64,000 bases of DNA from Candidatus Wolframiiraptor gerlachensis (GTDB lineage Archaea > Thermoproteota > Nitrososphaeria_A > Caldarchaeales > Wolframiiraptoraceae): positions 1 to 64,000 of the forward strand of contig JAJPCT020000026.1 of the NCBI GenBank assembly GCA_021323375.2. Reading direction: 5' to 3'. Below, piece after piece: positions 18,151 to 27,380 of the stretch. Below the pieces are notes generated by a model that worked only from the letters and a program-made list of their open reading frames with translations, had not been told where the DNA came from and did no database searches. Each line of letters begins with the position of its first letter. Position 1 is the stretch's first letter. A program made the position numbers and the translations under genes.

Positions 18151-18492
18151 GTGAAAATGGTGCTCGTCAGAGTTCATAGGGTTTCGAGCGTGAGGGATCC
18201 TGAGACCGGCAGATATGGCAAGATGATAGAGCTTATAGAGGAGAAGCGTGTCCAAGCATCGCCTAGAATCCCCGGGGCGCCTGAGACGCTGATGATCCAG
18301 TCCATGTTACAGGATCTTGCAAGCTACTTCCAGTCTATGGGGCTTGCGCTCGCGCCGCCCGCGAAAACAAAGATGATACTATTCCTAACTGAGGAGGAAT
18401 ATGAGATGCTTGGGGTAAAACTGGATGTGAATGAGGTCTATGAGCTGGTCTTCGAGAAGGGCGCTATAAGGTTCAGGAGCGCTTATGACTAG
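18151..18492 (+). CDS. Arcadin-1-like protein
   Basis: DP..G..GK.IEL.EEK N-terminus and LFLTEEEYE.LG..DV....EL.F..GAI C-terminus resemble Pyrobaculum arcadin-1. Confidence 0.65.
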   Translation: MKMVLVRVHRVSSVRDPETGRYGKMIELIEEKRVQASPRIPGAPETLMIQSMLQDLASYFQSMGLALAPPAKTKMILFLTEEEYEMLGVKLDVNEVYELVFEKGAIRFRSAYD

Positions 18493-19099
18493 CCCGCGCC
18501 CTTAATGTTTGGATGGCGTAAATCATCCTCCAGGCCACGGTAATCATCGCGAGCACGGCTATCAGGATCATGGAGATCTCTAGAGCCTGCTTGATGAACG
18601 GCGTTATGATTGACGCGATGATTAGTAGTATTGTGCGCTCCGCCCGCTCCATGAACCCCACCCCCTTGAGATTTACTCCAAGGGGCTCAGCCCTATGTCT
18701 TACATAGCTAACCATGAGTGATGATGTTAGGGCGAATGCTCCCCAGAAGGCGCTGACGGCCCCCGAGGCTATGATCGCCACATATATCGCTGCCTCACCC
18801 AGCTTATCGAAGACCGAGTCTAGGAATGCGCCCAAGTCGCTTGTCATCTTGAGTCTCCTAGCAACAGCCCCGTCCACGGCGTCGAAGAACCCGGAGAGCG
18901 CTAGGAATATGACGGCGAGAAAGTAGCTCGCTGGGGCGACAGCTCCTAAATAATAGAATGCGGCTGAGGCCAGAGCGGTAATGAAGGCCAGAGCTGTTAC
19001 GGCCATGGGCTTTATTCCGAGCCTGGACAACCTCTCTATGAAGCCCGCGGAAAACTTCTCGAAAACTTCCTCCTCGAGCTTACGCCTCCTAGACGCCAT
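18473..19099 (-). CDS. CDP-alcohol phosphatidyltransferase (archaetidylinositol-phosphate synthase-like)
   Basis: DAVDGAVAR...GAFLDSVFD, MVSYVR.RAE, G.MERAER. Confidence 0.9.
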   Translation of the reverse strand: MASRRRKLEEEVFEKFSAGFIERLSRLGIKPMAVTALAFITALASAAFYYLGAVAPASYFLAVIFLALSGFFDAVDGAVARRLKMTSDLGAFLDSVFDKLGEAAIYVAIIASGAVSAFWGAFALTSSLMVSYVRHRAEPLGVNLKGVGFMERAERTILLIIASIITPFIKQALEISMILIAVLAMITVAWRMIYAIQTLRARASHKRS

Positions 19100-19182
19100 C
19101 TCTCAAGCATTAGCTTGGAACCCCCCAATTTTAAATCTCTGTGGAATTTGAGCAGCCCTTATATAGCGCCCCAAATCATAAC

Positions 19183-19560
19183 ATGGTAATGATTAATAAA
19201 GAGCGGGTCAGGAGCAAGGTTATAGCGGCTCTAAGGGAAGCTTATGACCCCGAGATACCCGTGAACGTCTATGATCTCGGGCTAGTCTATGGAGTTGATG
19301 TTGATGATGAGGGTAATGTTGAGATAAGCATGACCTTGACGGCTGTTGGGTGCCCGATGGCCGGCCTCATCATCTATAGGATTGAGGAGGAGGTTAGGAG
19401 CAAGGTGCCGGAGGCTAAGAGCGTCAAGGTCAAGCTGGTCTGGGAGCCCATGTGGAGCCCGGAGAGGATCACCCCCGAGGGCAGGGAGATGCTGAAGAAG
19501 CTCTATGGCTATGATGTCGTGGAGGAGTGGATCAAGAGGTATAAAGAGCTGAGAGTGTAG
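19183..19560 (+). CDS. DUF59/SufT (MIP18) metal-sulfur cluster assembly factor
   Basis: DPEIPVNVYDLGLVY, MTLT..GCP, VWEP.W. Confidence 0.92.
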   Translation: MVMINKERVRSKVIAALREAYDPEIPVNVYDLGLVYGVDVDDEGNVEISMTLTAVGCPMAGLIIYRIEEEVRSKVPEAKSVKVKLVWEPMWSPERITPEGREMLKKLYGYDVVEEWIKRYKELRV

Positions 19561-19622
19561 CGCGGTTCCTCATATTTAGAGATAGGATAAAGAACCGGCT
19601 TATCGGATGTTTAGAGCGTCTT

Positions 19623-20411
19623 ATGCCGCCGATATTCTGTGTTGTTAGCCTTGGTAGGGGTCGGGGTAAGACTAGGCTCATTGAGAGAATCGTGTCCGAG
19701 CTCTCCAAGCTTGGCGTGAGGGTTGCGACGATAAAGCACTCCAGAGAGAATGTTGATCTCGCGGACAAAGACTCTTACAGGCATCTCGAAGCAGGCGCGA
19801 TCGAGACATCAATAATCTCGCCATCCGAGCTCATCACGATTAGGCGCGCTCAAGCATCCTTAGATGATGCCATAAGATCCCTCCACGTTGAGGCGGACCT
19901 CATACTCCTCGAGGGTTTCAAGGAATCGAGTTATCCAAAGATTCTCTGCGCCGAGGATGAGCGCGAGGCTGAGGAGGCGCTGAAGAGGATCTCGGATGTA
20001 AGGGCGATTATTCTAAGGTCGCCCGGATCCATGGGGGAGATTTCCGGGGTTAGGGTTATGGGTGAGGATGAGGTCCTAGAGCTCCTAAGGAAGAGCGTAA
20101 TGGATTACTGGGTCGAGCTCATTCCAGGCCTGGATTGCGGTAAATGCAGGTATGGGTCTTGCCAAGGGATGGCTGAGGCGATTAGGCGCGGTGAGGCCAT
20201 GATAAGGGATTGTGTCATGAGGGGATTATCTAAGGCCAGGGTGATCGTGGATGGTGTTGAGGTTCCGCTCGGGCCATGGCCCCAGCAGCTTCTCCACAAC
20301 CTCGTGAGGGCACTCGTTTCATCACTAAAACTTGGCGAACAAGCTCTCGAGAATGCTAGGATGATAGTGGTGGAGGTGAGGCTTGGGGGCGGGTCTTCTG
20401 GTGATGGCTGA
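19623..20411 (+). CDS. mobB: MobB-like P-loop protein fused to a C-terminal Fe-S domain
   Basis: GKTRLIE, VATIKH, KDS.RH..AGA, LLEGFK; LDCGKC.Y.SC...C cluster motif. Confidence 0.8.
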   Translation: MPPIFCVVSLGRGRGKTRLIERIVSELSKLGVRVATIKHSRENVDLADKDSYRHLEAGAIETSIISPSELITIRRAQASLDDAIRSLHVEADLILLEGFKESSYPKILCAEDEREAEEALKRISDVRAIILRSPGSMGEISGVRVMGEDEVLELLRKSVMDYWVELIPGLDCGKCRYGSCQGMAEAIRRGEAMIRDCVMRGLSKARVIVDGVEVPLGPWPQQLLHNLVRALVSSLKLGEQALENARMIVVEVRLGGGSSGDG

Positions 20412-21184
20412 TGGCGGCGATACTTGAGGGCCTGCGCTTCCAGCCCGGCACGAGCTTCATCCACAGGCTTGACCCGAGGGTCAAGCTCCTAATATCCTCA
20501 ACGCTCCTCATAACAGCCCTACTCTACTCTGAGATAACAGTCACAAGCATCGTGATCGCCGTTGAGGCAGCACTCTCAGCGGCTAGCAGAACCCTCAAGA
20601 GATGGGCTAGAACAGTCTATGGCGCCATACCCCTCATAACACTCGTCTTCGCGATGAACTATATCTTCCTATCGCTTCAGGCCGGAGCGTTCACAGATCC
20701 CGAGATAATCTATAGGAGCTTCGCGGCGGCCTATAGGCTGATAGGCTTCCTTGCATCATTCTCCATCTTCTTCCTCACAACGACGCCGGAGGAGCTTGGG
20801 ATGACCTTCACGAAGCTCAGGATACCATATATGTACTCGTTCGCTCTCATATCCGCGATAAGGTTCACGCCGGTGCTCGCTGAGGAGCTTCAGGCGATAA
20901 TAGATGCGCAGCGGGCCCGCGGCCTAGAGCTCGATAAGGGAGGCCCGATAACCAGGATCAAGAGATACGTCCCAGTGCTGATCCCCCTGATAGTCAATGT
21001 TCTTAGGAGGAGCTATGAGCTCGCCGAGGCCATGGAGGTCAAATGCTTCGGCGCATCCGAGAAAAGAACATTTCTGAGAGAACTGAGGATGAGATCCATA
21101 GACTACGTGGTCCTCGTGATTACAGCCCTCTGCCTCGCGGTCTCGATATCCGCGCGGTTTTTCGTCGTTCTTCAAGTCCCTTAG
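20411..21184 (+). CDS. ecfT: ECF transporter T component
   Basis: LDPRVKL, RF.P, AQRARG, PLIV..LRRS..LAEAME. Confidence 0.9.
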   Translation: MAAILEGLRFQPGTSFIHRLDPRVKLLISSTLLITALLYSEITVTSIVIAVEAALSAASRTLKRWARTVYGAIPLITLVFAMNYIFLSLQAGAFTDPEIIYRSFAAAYRLIGFLASFSIFFLTTTPEELGMTFTKLRIPYMYSFALISAIRFTPVLAEELQAIIDAQRARGLELDKGGPITRIKRYVPVLIPLIVNVLRRSYELAEAMEVKCFGASEKRTFLRELRMRSIDYVVLVITALCLAVSISARFFVVLQVP

Positions 21185-21225
21185 AGCCTTGGAATGATGC
21201 CTAGGGGAAAAGCTTAATCCCGAGC

Positions 21226-21753
21226 TTGAGTGATAAAAATAACATGCTTGGGCTAGGTGGTGAGGTTGAGCTAGTATCAGGCTTGATGCTTATAATCTTG
21301 GGGCTTGTGGTCGCGTTCTTCGGGAGGAAGCTCGCGAAGGCCGTCTTCTTCTTGATAGGTGGGCTTGTTGGGGCGCTTCTCGCCCTGCTGATATCGCCCA
21401 TGTTCATCCCACCCCCATACACCTACATCGCCGCGCTAGTAGGCTTCGTTATAGTGGGCGTGATATTTCTCCTGCTCATGAAGTTCGGCGCGGGGATAAT
21501 CGCGGGTCTCGCAACATTCATGCTCCTGAGAGGCATCGTTGACATACTCCTAGCGATAATCATCGCCCTGATAGTGCTGGTAATAGTGATTGTGCTCTTC
21601 GACAAGATCCTCTCAATCATAACAGCCCTCGTCGGCTCCCTGATATTCACGGCAGGGCTTCAACAGGCTGGAGTACCATTGCCAGACTTCCTGCAGCTAG
21701 TCATAATAGCGATCATAACGATTCTGGGCTCGATAGTCCAGCTTAAGACCTAG
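21226..21753 (+). CDS. Multi-pass membrane protein (DUF4203/TMEM198-like)
   Basis: GL..AFFGRKL....F..G...G; TALVGS; G..VQ; almost fully hydrophobic. Confidence 0.6.
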   Translation: MSDKNNMLGLGGEVELVSGLMLIILGLVVAFFGRKLAKAVFFLIGGLVGALLALLISPMFIPPPYTYIAALVGFVIVGVIFLLLMKFGAGIIAGLATFMLLRGIVDILLAIIIALIVLVIVIVLFDKILSIITALVGSLIFTAGLQQAGVPLPDFLQLVIIAIITILGSIVQLKT

Positions 21754-22297
21754 CCTTACCGAGGCTATAAGCCAGCTCAGCGGCTTCCACAGGATCATCT
21801 GTAAACCACGCCTTAATAATTCTGCGATGATCTAGGTAGCCATCTTCGCAGAATTCTCGGAGCCTATCCGAGGGATAACCGGTCCTGGTCAATATTATCA
21901 GTGGCTTCGCATAGATATACGCGAGAAATGCCTCGATTATCGTCCCAGCGCCGCCGCCAAGTATCACCATCGAGCTACAGCTCCTCGCGAGCGTTATGCT
22001 CCTCATCTGATATGTCATCCCGCTGAGAATCGGTATCACGTTGTACGGGCTATACCTAGGATGATCCTCGCCTATGACCTCGTCCTCGACCGGTATAATG
22101 CCTATAGTCAGCCCGCCGCCCTCAACAAACTCCCTGCAAGCTATCCTCATCAGCCCACCATCACCACCACTCATCAAGATAACTTCATCCCTGTATCTTA
22201 GGAGGGCCCGGGCGAAGCTACGCGCCTTATCCGCCGCGGCCGATGGAGGATTAGGATCGCTCGAAGCCCCTATAGCTACTAGGATCCTTCTATTCAT
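21743..22297 (-). CDS. LOG/Rossmann-fold nucleotide-binding protein (TIGR00725-like)
   Basis: SGG.GGLM...C, GG.TIGIIP, GGGAGTIIE. Confidence 0.85.
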   Translation of the reverse strand: MNRRILVAIGASSDPNPPSAAADKARSFARALLRYRDEVILMSGGDGGLMRIACREFVEGGGLTIGIIPVEDEVIGEDHPRYSPYNVIPILSGMTYQMRSITLARSCSSMVILGGGAGTIIEAFLAYIYAKPLIILTRTGYPSDRLREFCEDGYLDHRRIIKAWFTDDPVEAAELAYSLGKARS

Positions 22298-22340
22298 ATC
22301 AGCTCAGCAGCCCTAAGTGGAAAATAAAGATGAGGAAGGT

Positions 22341-22742
22341 TTAGGTCTCTAGTTCCAACCGGATCTCCGGCTTTATCCCCGCCTTCTCAAAGATTAATCC
22401 AACAGGACAGATCTCCATCGTCAGCTTCAGTGCCGTCTCAACCTCCTCCCTGCTCGCAGACGTCTTTATCCTAAGAACCCCCCTGATATTCTCGATCGTC
22501 TTTTCTCCCTTCTCTCCCTCAAGCTCAACCCTCAAGCTTTGGTAGCTCAGCTTCCTCTTCCCGGCGACAATGGCGAAGATCGTCCCAATGCATCCGGCCA
22601 GGCTCATGAGTGCCAGCTCGAGGGCTGTTGGGCCTAGATCTTCGCCCCCCTGATCTCTTGGAAGATCCACGACAACGCTATGAGCTCTACCATTATCCAC
22701 AGCGCTCCTGAAACCGGATATCCAGACTGATACGGCCTTCAT
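22341..22742 (-). CDS. OsmC family protein
   Basis: GGEDLGPT.LEL....LAGC ... CPV two-Cys pattern. Confidence 0.9.
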   Translation of the reverse strand: MKAVSVWISGFRSAVDNGRAHSVVVDLPRDQGGEDLGPTALELALMSLAGCIGTIFAIVAGKRKLSYQSLRVELEGEKGEKTIENIRGVLRIKTSASREEVETALKLTMEICPVGLIFEKAGIKPEIRLELET

Positions 22743-22802
22743 ACAAAATGGAGGTACCCTTCATATGGTAAATATTTTTCGCGGAGGGAGGTTGTATTTG
22801 CT

Positions 22803-23097
22803 GATGAGTGTTCGCGACAGGGTTAGGGCTATGCTTAAGGCGAGGCTGAAGGAGGTTGATGAGCGGATAAAGGAGGCCGTGGAAAGGTATAGGCGAGGAG
22901 AACTGGATCGTGAGAGCTATATCAGGCTGAGATGCGAGCTCGAGCTGGAAAAAGGAAGAAGGGTTCTAGAGAATCTTAGGAGGATGCTTGCGGGCCGCCG
23001 CTCACTCGCCGAACAACGGGACTCTTCCCAAGTAGTTCATCAGGATCCTCATGAGGTCTGTTCCACGTATTCTGCAGAGAGATCCACGAGCGCATGA
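22803..23097 (+). CDS. Small helical hypothetical protein
   Basis: Charged helical ORF after an AT-rich promoter-like stretch; 3' end overlaps apgM by 96 nt. Confidence 0.5.
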
Positions 23098-24243
23098 GAT
23101 CTCGTCAAACCTCTTGACATCGTCTCTCCGGACATCGGGGCCCATGATCGCGATGGGAACTGGGTCTCCTCTATGCTCCCCGACCTCGCTCGGCGTCGTG
23201 TGATCGCCGGTGATCGCGAGATAGTATTCCTCGGAGGTCACCTTCTCGACTAATGGTGTCAGCTCCCTCGAGATCCACTCTATCACCTCAACCTTCTTGA
23301 CGGGATTCTTGTCATGGCTCACGTTATCCGTTGCTTTCACATGTAGGAAGACGAGATCATAGCTGTCTAAGGCCCTTATAGCGGCCTCAACCTTCCCCCT
23401 AAGATTCGTGTTCACGGTCCCATTTGCCCCGGGGACTTGGATTAGGTCGAAGCCAACGGCCCTAGCGACTCCCTTGTATAATCCCCCGCCCGCGATCGCC
23501 GCGGCTCTTATGCCCCAAATCCTCGTGATCGGCTCTATCTTGGGGAGTGTTCCCGCTCCGCGGGGTAGGAGGATGTTCGCCGGGAGGAGGCCCCTCTTGA
23601 CACGCTCTAGGTTCAACGGATGCTCCGCCAAGATCTTGCCAGCCTTCTCGAGAAATTCCCGAAGAGCCTTAGCCGTCCTCTCAGCCTCCGGGCTATCATC
23701 AAGGGGCTGTGGGACCGCGGGCTTTACACCAGCCTTATGAGTATCGACGTCGGAGACGCATCTAGAAAGCCCCTCACCCCTGAGAACCAAAACTCCCCTA
23801 TGCTCAGATGAGTGATGGAAGATCACTTGGACGCCGCTAACGCTCTCTATCCTTATATCCTTTAGAGCTTCTGCGAGCTGTCTAGCCTCCTCACTACTTA
23901 TCCTCCCAGCTCTCCTGTCGATTACAATGCCATCATCGTTCACCGTTCCGAAGTTGCATCTAAAGGCCACGTCGCCCGGCTGTAGCTCGACGCCTACTCC
24001 AAGCGCCTCGAAAGCCCCCCTGCCCGGGTAACACGCATACGGATCATAGCCGAAGAGCGCGAGATGCGCTGTATCGCTTCCAGGAGGCTGGCCCGGCGCT
24101 ATCACATCCATTATCCCGCACTCTCCCTCAGATGCTATCCTGTTAAGGGTGTCAGCCCTAGCTGCCTGAAGAGGTGTTAAGCCCCTGAGAGCCCTCGTGG
24201 GCCTATCACCCAACCCATCACAAACAATTAGAACAGCCTTCAT
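23002..24243 (-). CDS. apgM: 2,3-bisphosphoglycerate-independent phosphoglycerate mutase (archaeal type)
   Basis: DGLGD, PGSDTAH, GRG.FEA.G, HVK.TD..SHD, TGDHTTP. Confidence 0.95.
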   Translation of the reverse strand: MKAVLIVCDGLGDRPTRALRGLTPLQAARADTLNRIASEGECGIMDVIAPGQPPGSDTAHLALFGYDPYACYPGRGAFEALGVGVELQPGDVAFRCNFGTVNDDGIVIDRRAGRISSEEARQLAEALKDIRIESVSGVQVIFHHSSEHRGVLVLRGEGLSRCVSDVDTHKAGVKPAVPQPLDDSPEAERTAKALREFLEKAGKILAEHPLNLERVKRGLLPANILLPRGAGTLPKIEPITRIWGIRAAAIAGGGLYKGVARAVGFDLIQVPGANGTVNTNLRGKVEAAIRALDSYDLVFLHVKATDNVSHDKNPVKKVEVIEWISRELTPLVEKVTSEEYYLAITGDHTTPSEVGEHRGDPVPIAIMGPDVRRDDVKRFDEISCARGSLCRIRGTDLMRILMNYLGRVPLFGE

Positions 24244-24337
24244 ACGTGCTAAAACCCTGTCTATGGGATGCTTTAAACATCAACCCCCGCCATGAATGTT
24301 GCATTAAAGCTATCTAGGAGCCTTATCACAATAGCGC

Positions 24338-24517
24338 ATGGCCCATATGTGTCCCAAGTGCGGCGGCGAGATGAAGAGCTTGGTCAGGAGTCTCTCGGCA
24401 AGGGTCGGCCCATTCTCCGTTAAGAGCTTTCTCCCGGCAGAACTCCAAGAATATAACTCGATTGAAGTCAGGGTGTGTGCGGTCTGCGGATACATGGAGC
24501 TATATTGGCTCAGGTAG
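24338..24517 (+). CDS. Small Zn-ribbon protein (59 aa, absent from the ORF track)
   Basis: MAHMCPKCGGEM...VCAVCGYMELYWLR*; fills the gap between apgM and thiI. Confidence 0.75.
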   Translation: MAHMCPKCGGEMKSLVRSLSARVGPFSVKSFLPAELQEYNSIEVRVCAVCGYMELYWLR

Positions 24518-24522
24518 GGCGG

Positions 24523-25164
24523 CTAGGAAACCTCAACCCTCTCAATCTTTTCTAATGCCTGCGCGATAAGCTCCTCGACTGGCAGGGATTTCTCGATGCT
24601 CTCGATCTCCTCCAGCTTAGCCGCCGTCGCCTGCCTCCGCGGCACGAAGAGCGTGCAGCAGTCCTCCTGAGGCTTTATCGAGATATCATATGTCCCTATC
24701 TCCCTCGCCAAGCTCATTATCTCCTCCTTATCAAATCCTATAAGCGGCCTTAAAACAGGGATTCTGGCAGCGGCATCTATAACCCTGAGATTCTGGAGTG
24801 TTTGGGAGGATACCTGGGCCAAGCTCTCGCCCGTAACAAGGAATGCAGCCCCCTCCCTCTCAGCAACCCTCTCAGCGATCCTGAGCATGAACCTCCTATA
24901 CAGGATGACGAGATATCTCGGATCAACCCTCGTCCTAAGGTAGGATTGTATCTCGGCGAGGGGCGCGAGGTATAGTGTGCGCGTGGGCCCATGGCTTGAG
25001 AGGATCTTGACGAGTTGCATCGCCTTATAGACGCTGGATCTCGAGACGATTGGGAAGCTGTGGAAATGCAGGTAGACTAGCTCCACGCCCCTTCTAAGCA
25101 TGAGATATGATGAGACGGGTGAGTCTATTCCCCCCGAGATCAGCGAGACCGCCCTCATCACCAT
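24523..25164 (-). CDS. thiI: ThiI-like PP-loop sulfurtransferase, catalytic domain only
   Basis: SGGIDSPV, TGESL.QVSSQTL.N, RPL.G.DK.EI, EDCC; no THUMP or rhodanese domain. Confidence 0.85.
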   Translation of the reverse strand: MVMRAVSLISGGIDSPVSSYLMLRRGVELVYLHFHSFPIVSRSSVYKAMQLVKILSSHGPTRTLYLAPLAEIQSYLRTRVDPRYLVILYRRFMLRIAERVAEREGAAFLVTGESLAQVSSQTLQNLRVIDAAARIPVLRPLIGFDKEEIMSLAREIGTYDISIKPQEDCCTLFVPRRQATAAKLEEIESIEKSLPVEELIAQALEKIERVEVS

Positions 25165-25219
25165 CCATGGAAGATATGATGCGTGTCCGTCTTAAACATC
25201 GCCCCCTTTGGCAACGATA

Positions 25220-26374
25220 TCATGCTCTCCTATACTTCGCGGCTATCTCCCCCATACAATCGATCACGTAATCGATCTCATCCTCGGTGGTCCATCTCCC
25301 TATGCTGAGCCTTAGTCCGCTCTTGGCTTGCCTCTCGTTTAGTCCTATGGCTAGTAGGACGTGGCTTGGCTCGATCTTCCCGCTTGAGCAGGCGGAGCCT
25401 GTTGAGGCCGCCACACCCCTCTCATTCAGCTCCATTATCAGCCTCTCGCCATCGATGAATTCTAGCCAGAAGCTCGCGATCGTCTGGAGCCTCTTCTCCG
25501 GATGCCCGGTCAGGTGCACGCCACCTATCCCGAGCATCTCATGGATCAGTCTTCTACAAAGCCTCCCCAGCCTCTCGGCCTCATCATGCATGACTTCTCT
25601 GGCGATCTCACATGCCTTAGCGAACCCGATGGCCCCCGCGACATTCACGGTGCTGGATCTCAATCCATACTCGTGGCCGCCTCCATGAAGTAGAGGCTCC
25701 AGCCTGACGCCATCCCTGACATAGAGGCCACCAACCCCCTTAGGACCATAGATCTTGTGAGCGCTCAGGGTCAACAGGTCCACGCGCATCTCCTCAACGT
25801 CCACCGGGAGCTTTCCAAGGCTCTGAGCAGCATCGACATGGAAATATACTCCGCGCTCCCTGCAAATCTCGCCAATCTCCTTTATGGGCTCTATTGTGCC
25901 GATCTCATTGTTCGCATGCATTATCGAGACGAGTATCGTGTCCCTCCTAATCGCCTCTTCAACGTCGCCGGGGTCCACGATCCCGTGAACATCCACTGGG
26001 AGATATGTTACCTCGAAGCCGTTTTTCTCGAGCCACTTACATGGCTCTAGGACGCTTGGATGCTCTATCTTGGATGTTATGATGTGCCTGCCTTTTCCTC
26101 GATTGGCTAGGGCGACGCCCTTTATGGCGAGGTTATTGCTCTCCGTCGCGCTGCTCGTGAAGATGAGCTCCATAGGGTTTGCATTGATGAACGCGGCAAC
26201 AAACTCCCTAGCCCTCTCGAGGGCCTCCCTCGCCTCCATACCCCAGGCATGGGGGCTCATCGTGTTCCCGAACTTCTCGCGGAAATACGGCATCATAGCC
26301 TCAAGAACCCTAGGATCAATCGGCGTCGTCGAGGCATAATCCATGTAGACACGGCGAGATCTAACCATGCTCAA
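25220..26374 (-). CDS. iscS: Cysteine desulfurase IscS/NifS
   Basis: DYASTTP, HANNEIGT, SAHKIYGPKG, catalytic STGSACSS. Confidence 0.95.
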   Translation of the reverse strand: MSMVRSRRVYMDYASTTPIDPRVLEAMMPYFREKFGNTMSPHAWGMEAREALERAREFVAAFINANPMELIFTSSATESNNLAIKGVALANRGKGRHIITSKIEHPSVLEPCKWLEKNGFEVTYLPVDVHGIVDPGDVEEAIRRDTILVSIMHANNEIGTIEPIKEIGEICRERGVYFHVDAAQSLGKLPVDVEEMRVDLLTLSAHKIYGPKGVGGLYVRDGVRLEPLLHGGGHEYGLRSSTVNVAGAIGFAKACEIAREVMHDEAERLGRLCRRLIHEMLGIGGVHLTGHPEKRLQTIASFWLEFIDGERLIMELNERGVAASTGSACSSGKIEPSHVLLAIGLNERQAKSGLRLSIGRWTTEDEIDYVIDCMGEIAAKYRRA

Positions 26375-26431
26375 GCCATGATCAATTATTGTTTTCTCAC
26401 AATATATGCTCTCCCCGCGGCGATATCCCGG

Positions 26432-27283
26432 CTACCAAGCTTTGCAGATCATGTCATAATCCTCTTTTGCGAGCTTCCAGCCAGCCGCGCCTGCATTCTC
26501 CTCAAGATGTTGCCTCTGCAGGGCTTTCGGTATCGCTATCACTTGATCATGCCAGATAACCCAGTTAAGCGCTATCTGAACAGGCGTCTTGGAGTATTTC
26601 TCGGCGAGCTCCATGAGCAGCTGGATCCTCCTCTCCGTGGGCTTCTTGAGATCAGCTAGAAGGGCGCCCCTCGCGAGGGGAGAGTAGGCCACCGCAGTCA
26701 TGCCATTCCTGAAGCAGTATGGTATCAGATCCGCCTCAATCTTCCTATTATAGAGGCTATACTCCGCCTGGATCGCGACCACATCGGTTGTGGATAGATA
26801 GGATCTCGCCTCCTCTATCTGGGTGGGCGAGAAGTTGCTTAACCCGATGTATCTTATCTTACCATCCTTATAGAGGCGCTCCATAGCCCTCATGCTCTCC
26901 GAGAGGGGAATCACATCACTCGGCCAGTGTATGTAGTATAGGTCTATGTAGCTTGTCTGAAGTCTCTTCAAGCTCCTCTCACAAGCCTTCAACAAATCAT
27001 CATATCTCAGGTTTGTTGGCCACACCTTACTTGCTATGAAAACCTCGTCCCTCTTGAAGGCTTTTATCGCTTCTCCGACGAGCTCCTCCGCGTGGCCACC
27101 GCCATACATCTCAGCAGTATCTATATGCGTCATGCCGAGCTCTATAGCATATCTTATCGCCTCAACGGCCTCTCTATCCCTTGAATAATCTGGCGAGCCA
27201 CCACCGCCAATCAGCCACGTCCCAAGACCTATCGCAGCTATTCTCTCGCCAGTCTTACCCAAAAACCTATACTCCATGACCAT
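26432..27283 (-). CDS. Aldo/keto reductase
   Basis: IDTAEMY, SKV, DLYYIHWP, GLSNF, AYSPL, IPK. Confidence 0.94.
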   Translation of the reverse strand: MVMEYRFLGKTGERIAAIGLGTWLIGGGGSPDYSRDREAVEAIRYAIELGMTHIDTAEMYGGGHAEELVGEAIKAFKRDEVFIASKVWPTNLRYDDLLKACERSLKRLQTSYIDLYYIHWPSDVIPLSESMRAMERLYKDGKIRYIGLSNFSPTQIEEARSYLSTTDVVAIQAEYSLYNRKIEADLIPYCFRNGMTAVAYSPLARGALLADLKKPTERRIQLLMELAEKYSKTPVQIALNWVIWHDQVIAIPKALQRQHLEENAGAAGWKLAKEDYDMICKAW

Positions 27284-27380
27284 AACTATACCTCAACTCG
27301 ATGTTCCATCCCAAATATGATATATGTGTTCACTCGCTGGGAACGTATTTTAGCCGCCCCACTTAAAGGTAAGGCTCGGG

